Shown here one piece after another: positions 63,753-64,000 of a stretch of 64,000 nucleotides of DNA. Source of the DNA: Octopus bimaculoides (Eukaryota); contig NC_068985.1 in assembly GCF_001194135.2 (NCBI RefSeq), forward strand, positions 32,687,934 to 32,751,933, read 5' to 3'. Both the position numbers and the translations under genes were made by a program. Under the pieces are notes generated by a model that did not search any database, was not told the DNA's origin, and saw only the letters and a list, made by a program, of their open reading frames with translations. Positions within the stretch are counted from its first letter, which is position 1. The number at the start of each line of letters is the position of its first letter.

Positions 63753-63817
63753 ATTGTGCTGATGATGGGAAGAAAATCTATTTAAGATTTTAATCTTGAA
63801 ATTAGCTCATTCATAAT
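63753..63817 (+). ncRNA. Type I hammerhead ribozyme motif, near-intact
   Basis: AUUGUG-CUGAUGA-U-[GGGAAGAAAAUCU-AUUUA-AGAUUUUAAUCUU]-GAAA-UUAGCUCA-UU-CAUAAU. Stem I has 6 bp, stem II has 11 of 13 pairs, and stem III is one mismatch from the palindrome AUGAGCUCAU. Confidence 0.55.
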
Positions 63818-63962
63818 TGATGTGGAGTCTTTTTAAAATATCTTCTCACTAGCCTGCTTTCAATCACATGTATTTATGGAGTTTTTCTTAGTAGCGTCAT
63901 TATGTTTAGACATTCATTCAGTATAGAGGAGAAAAGTCATATTTCAGCCTTCTCCCTTAATA

Positions 63963-64000
<38 letters not shown>

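Overview
AT-rich, repeat-dense animal genomic scaffold with seven N-gaps. The repeat families resemble those I recall from Octopus (inference, not verified). One complete, confidently identified gene is present: six-exon mitochondrial ribosomal protein S7 (MRPS7, + strand, CDS 17627-30988, 232 aa, all splice phases consistent). A likely first coding exon of an unidentified secreted Cys-rich protein lies on the minus strand (5020-4681), below ETS-type promoter motifs. A series of splice-site-bounded, partly disabled coding-like segments on the minus strand (about 52.5-61.2 kb) suggests a decayed or unannotated multi-exon gene. The rest is layered mobile DNA: two copies of one Gypsy pol, a Gypsy 3' end with LTR, two related solo LTRs with 4-bp TSDs, several RTE LINEs, a CRE-like RT fragment at the MRPS7 promoter, Penelope-like elements, four mariner elements, a hAT and a Chapaev-like remnant, a MITE, many SINEs and microsatellites. 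The most striking structure is a ~770-bp palindrome (42659-43427) carrying an apparently intact type I hammerhead ribozyme in one arm and a mutated copy in the other. Three further hammerhead motifs from other families occur at ~20.4, ~23.5 and ~63.8 kb. No CRISPR, rRNA or intact tRNA gene was seen. Many repeat boundaries are approximate because they were read by eye.
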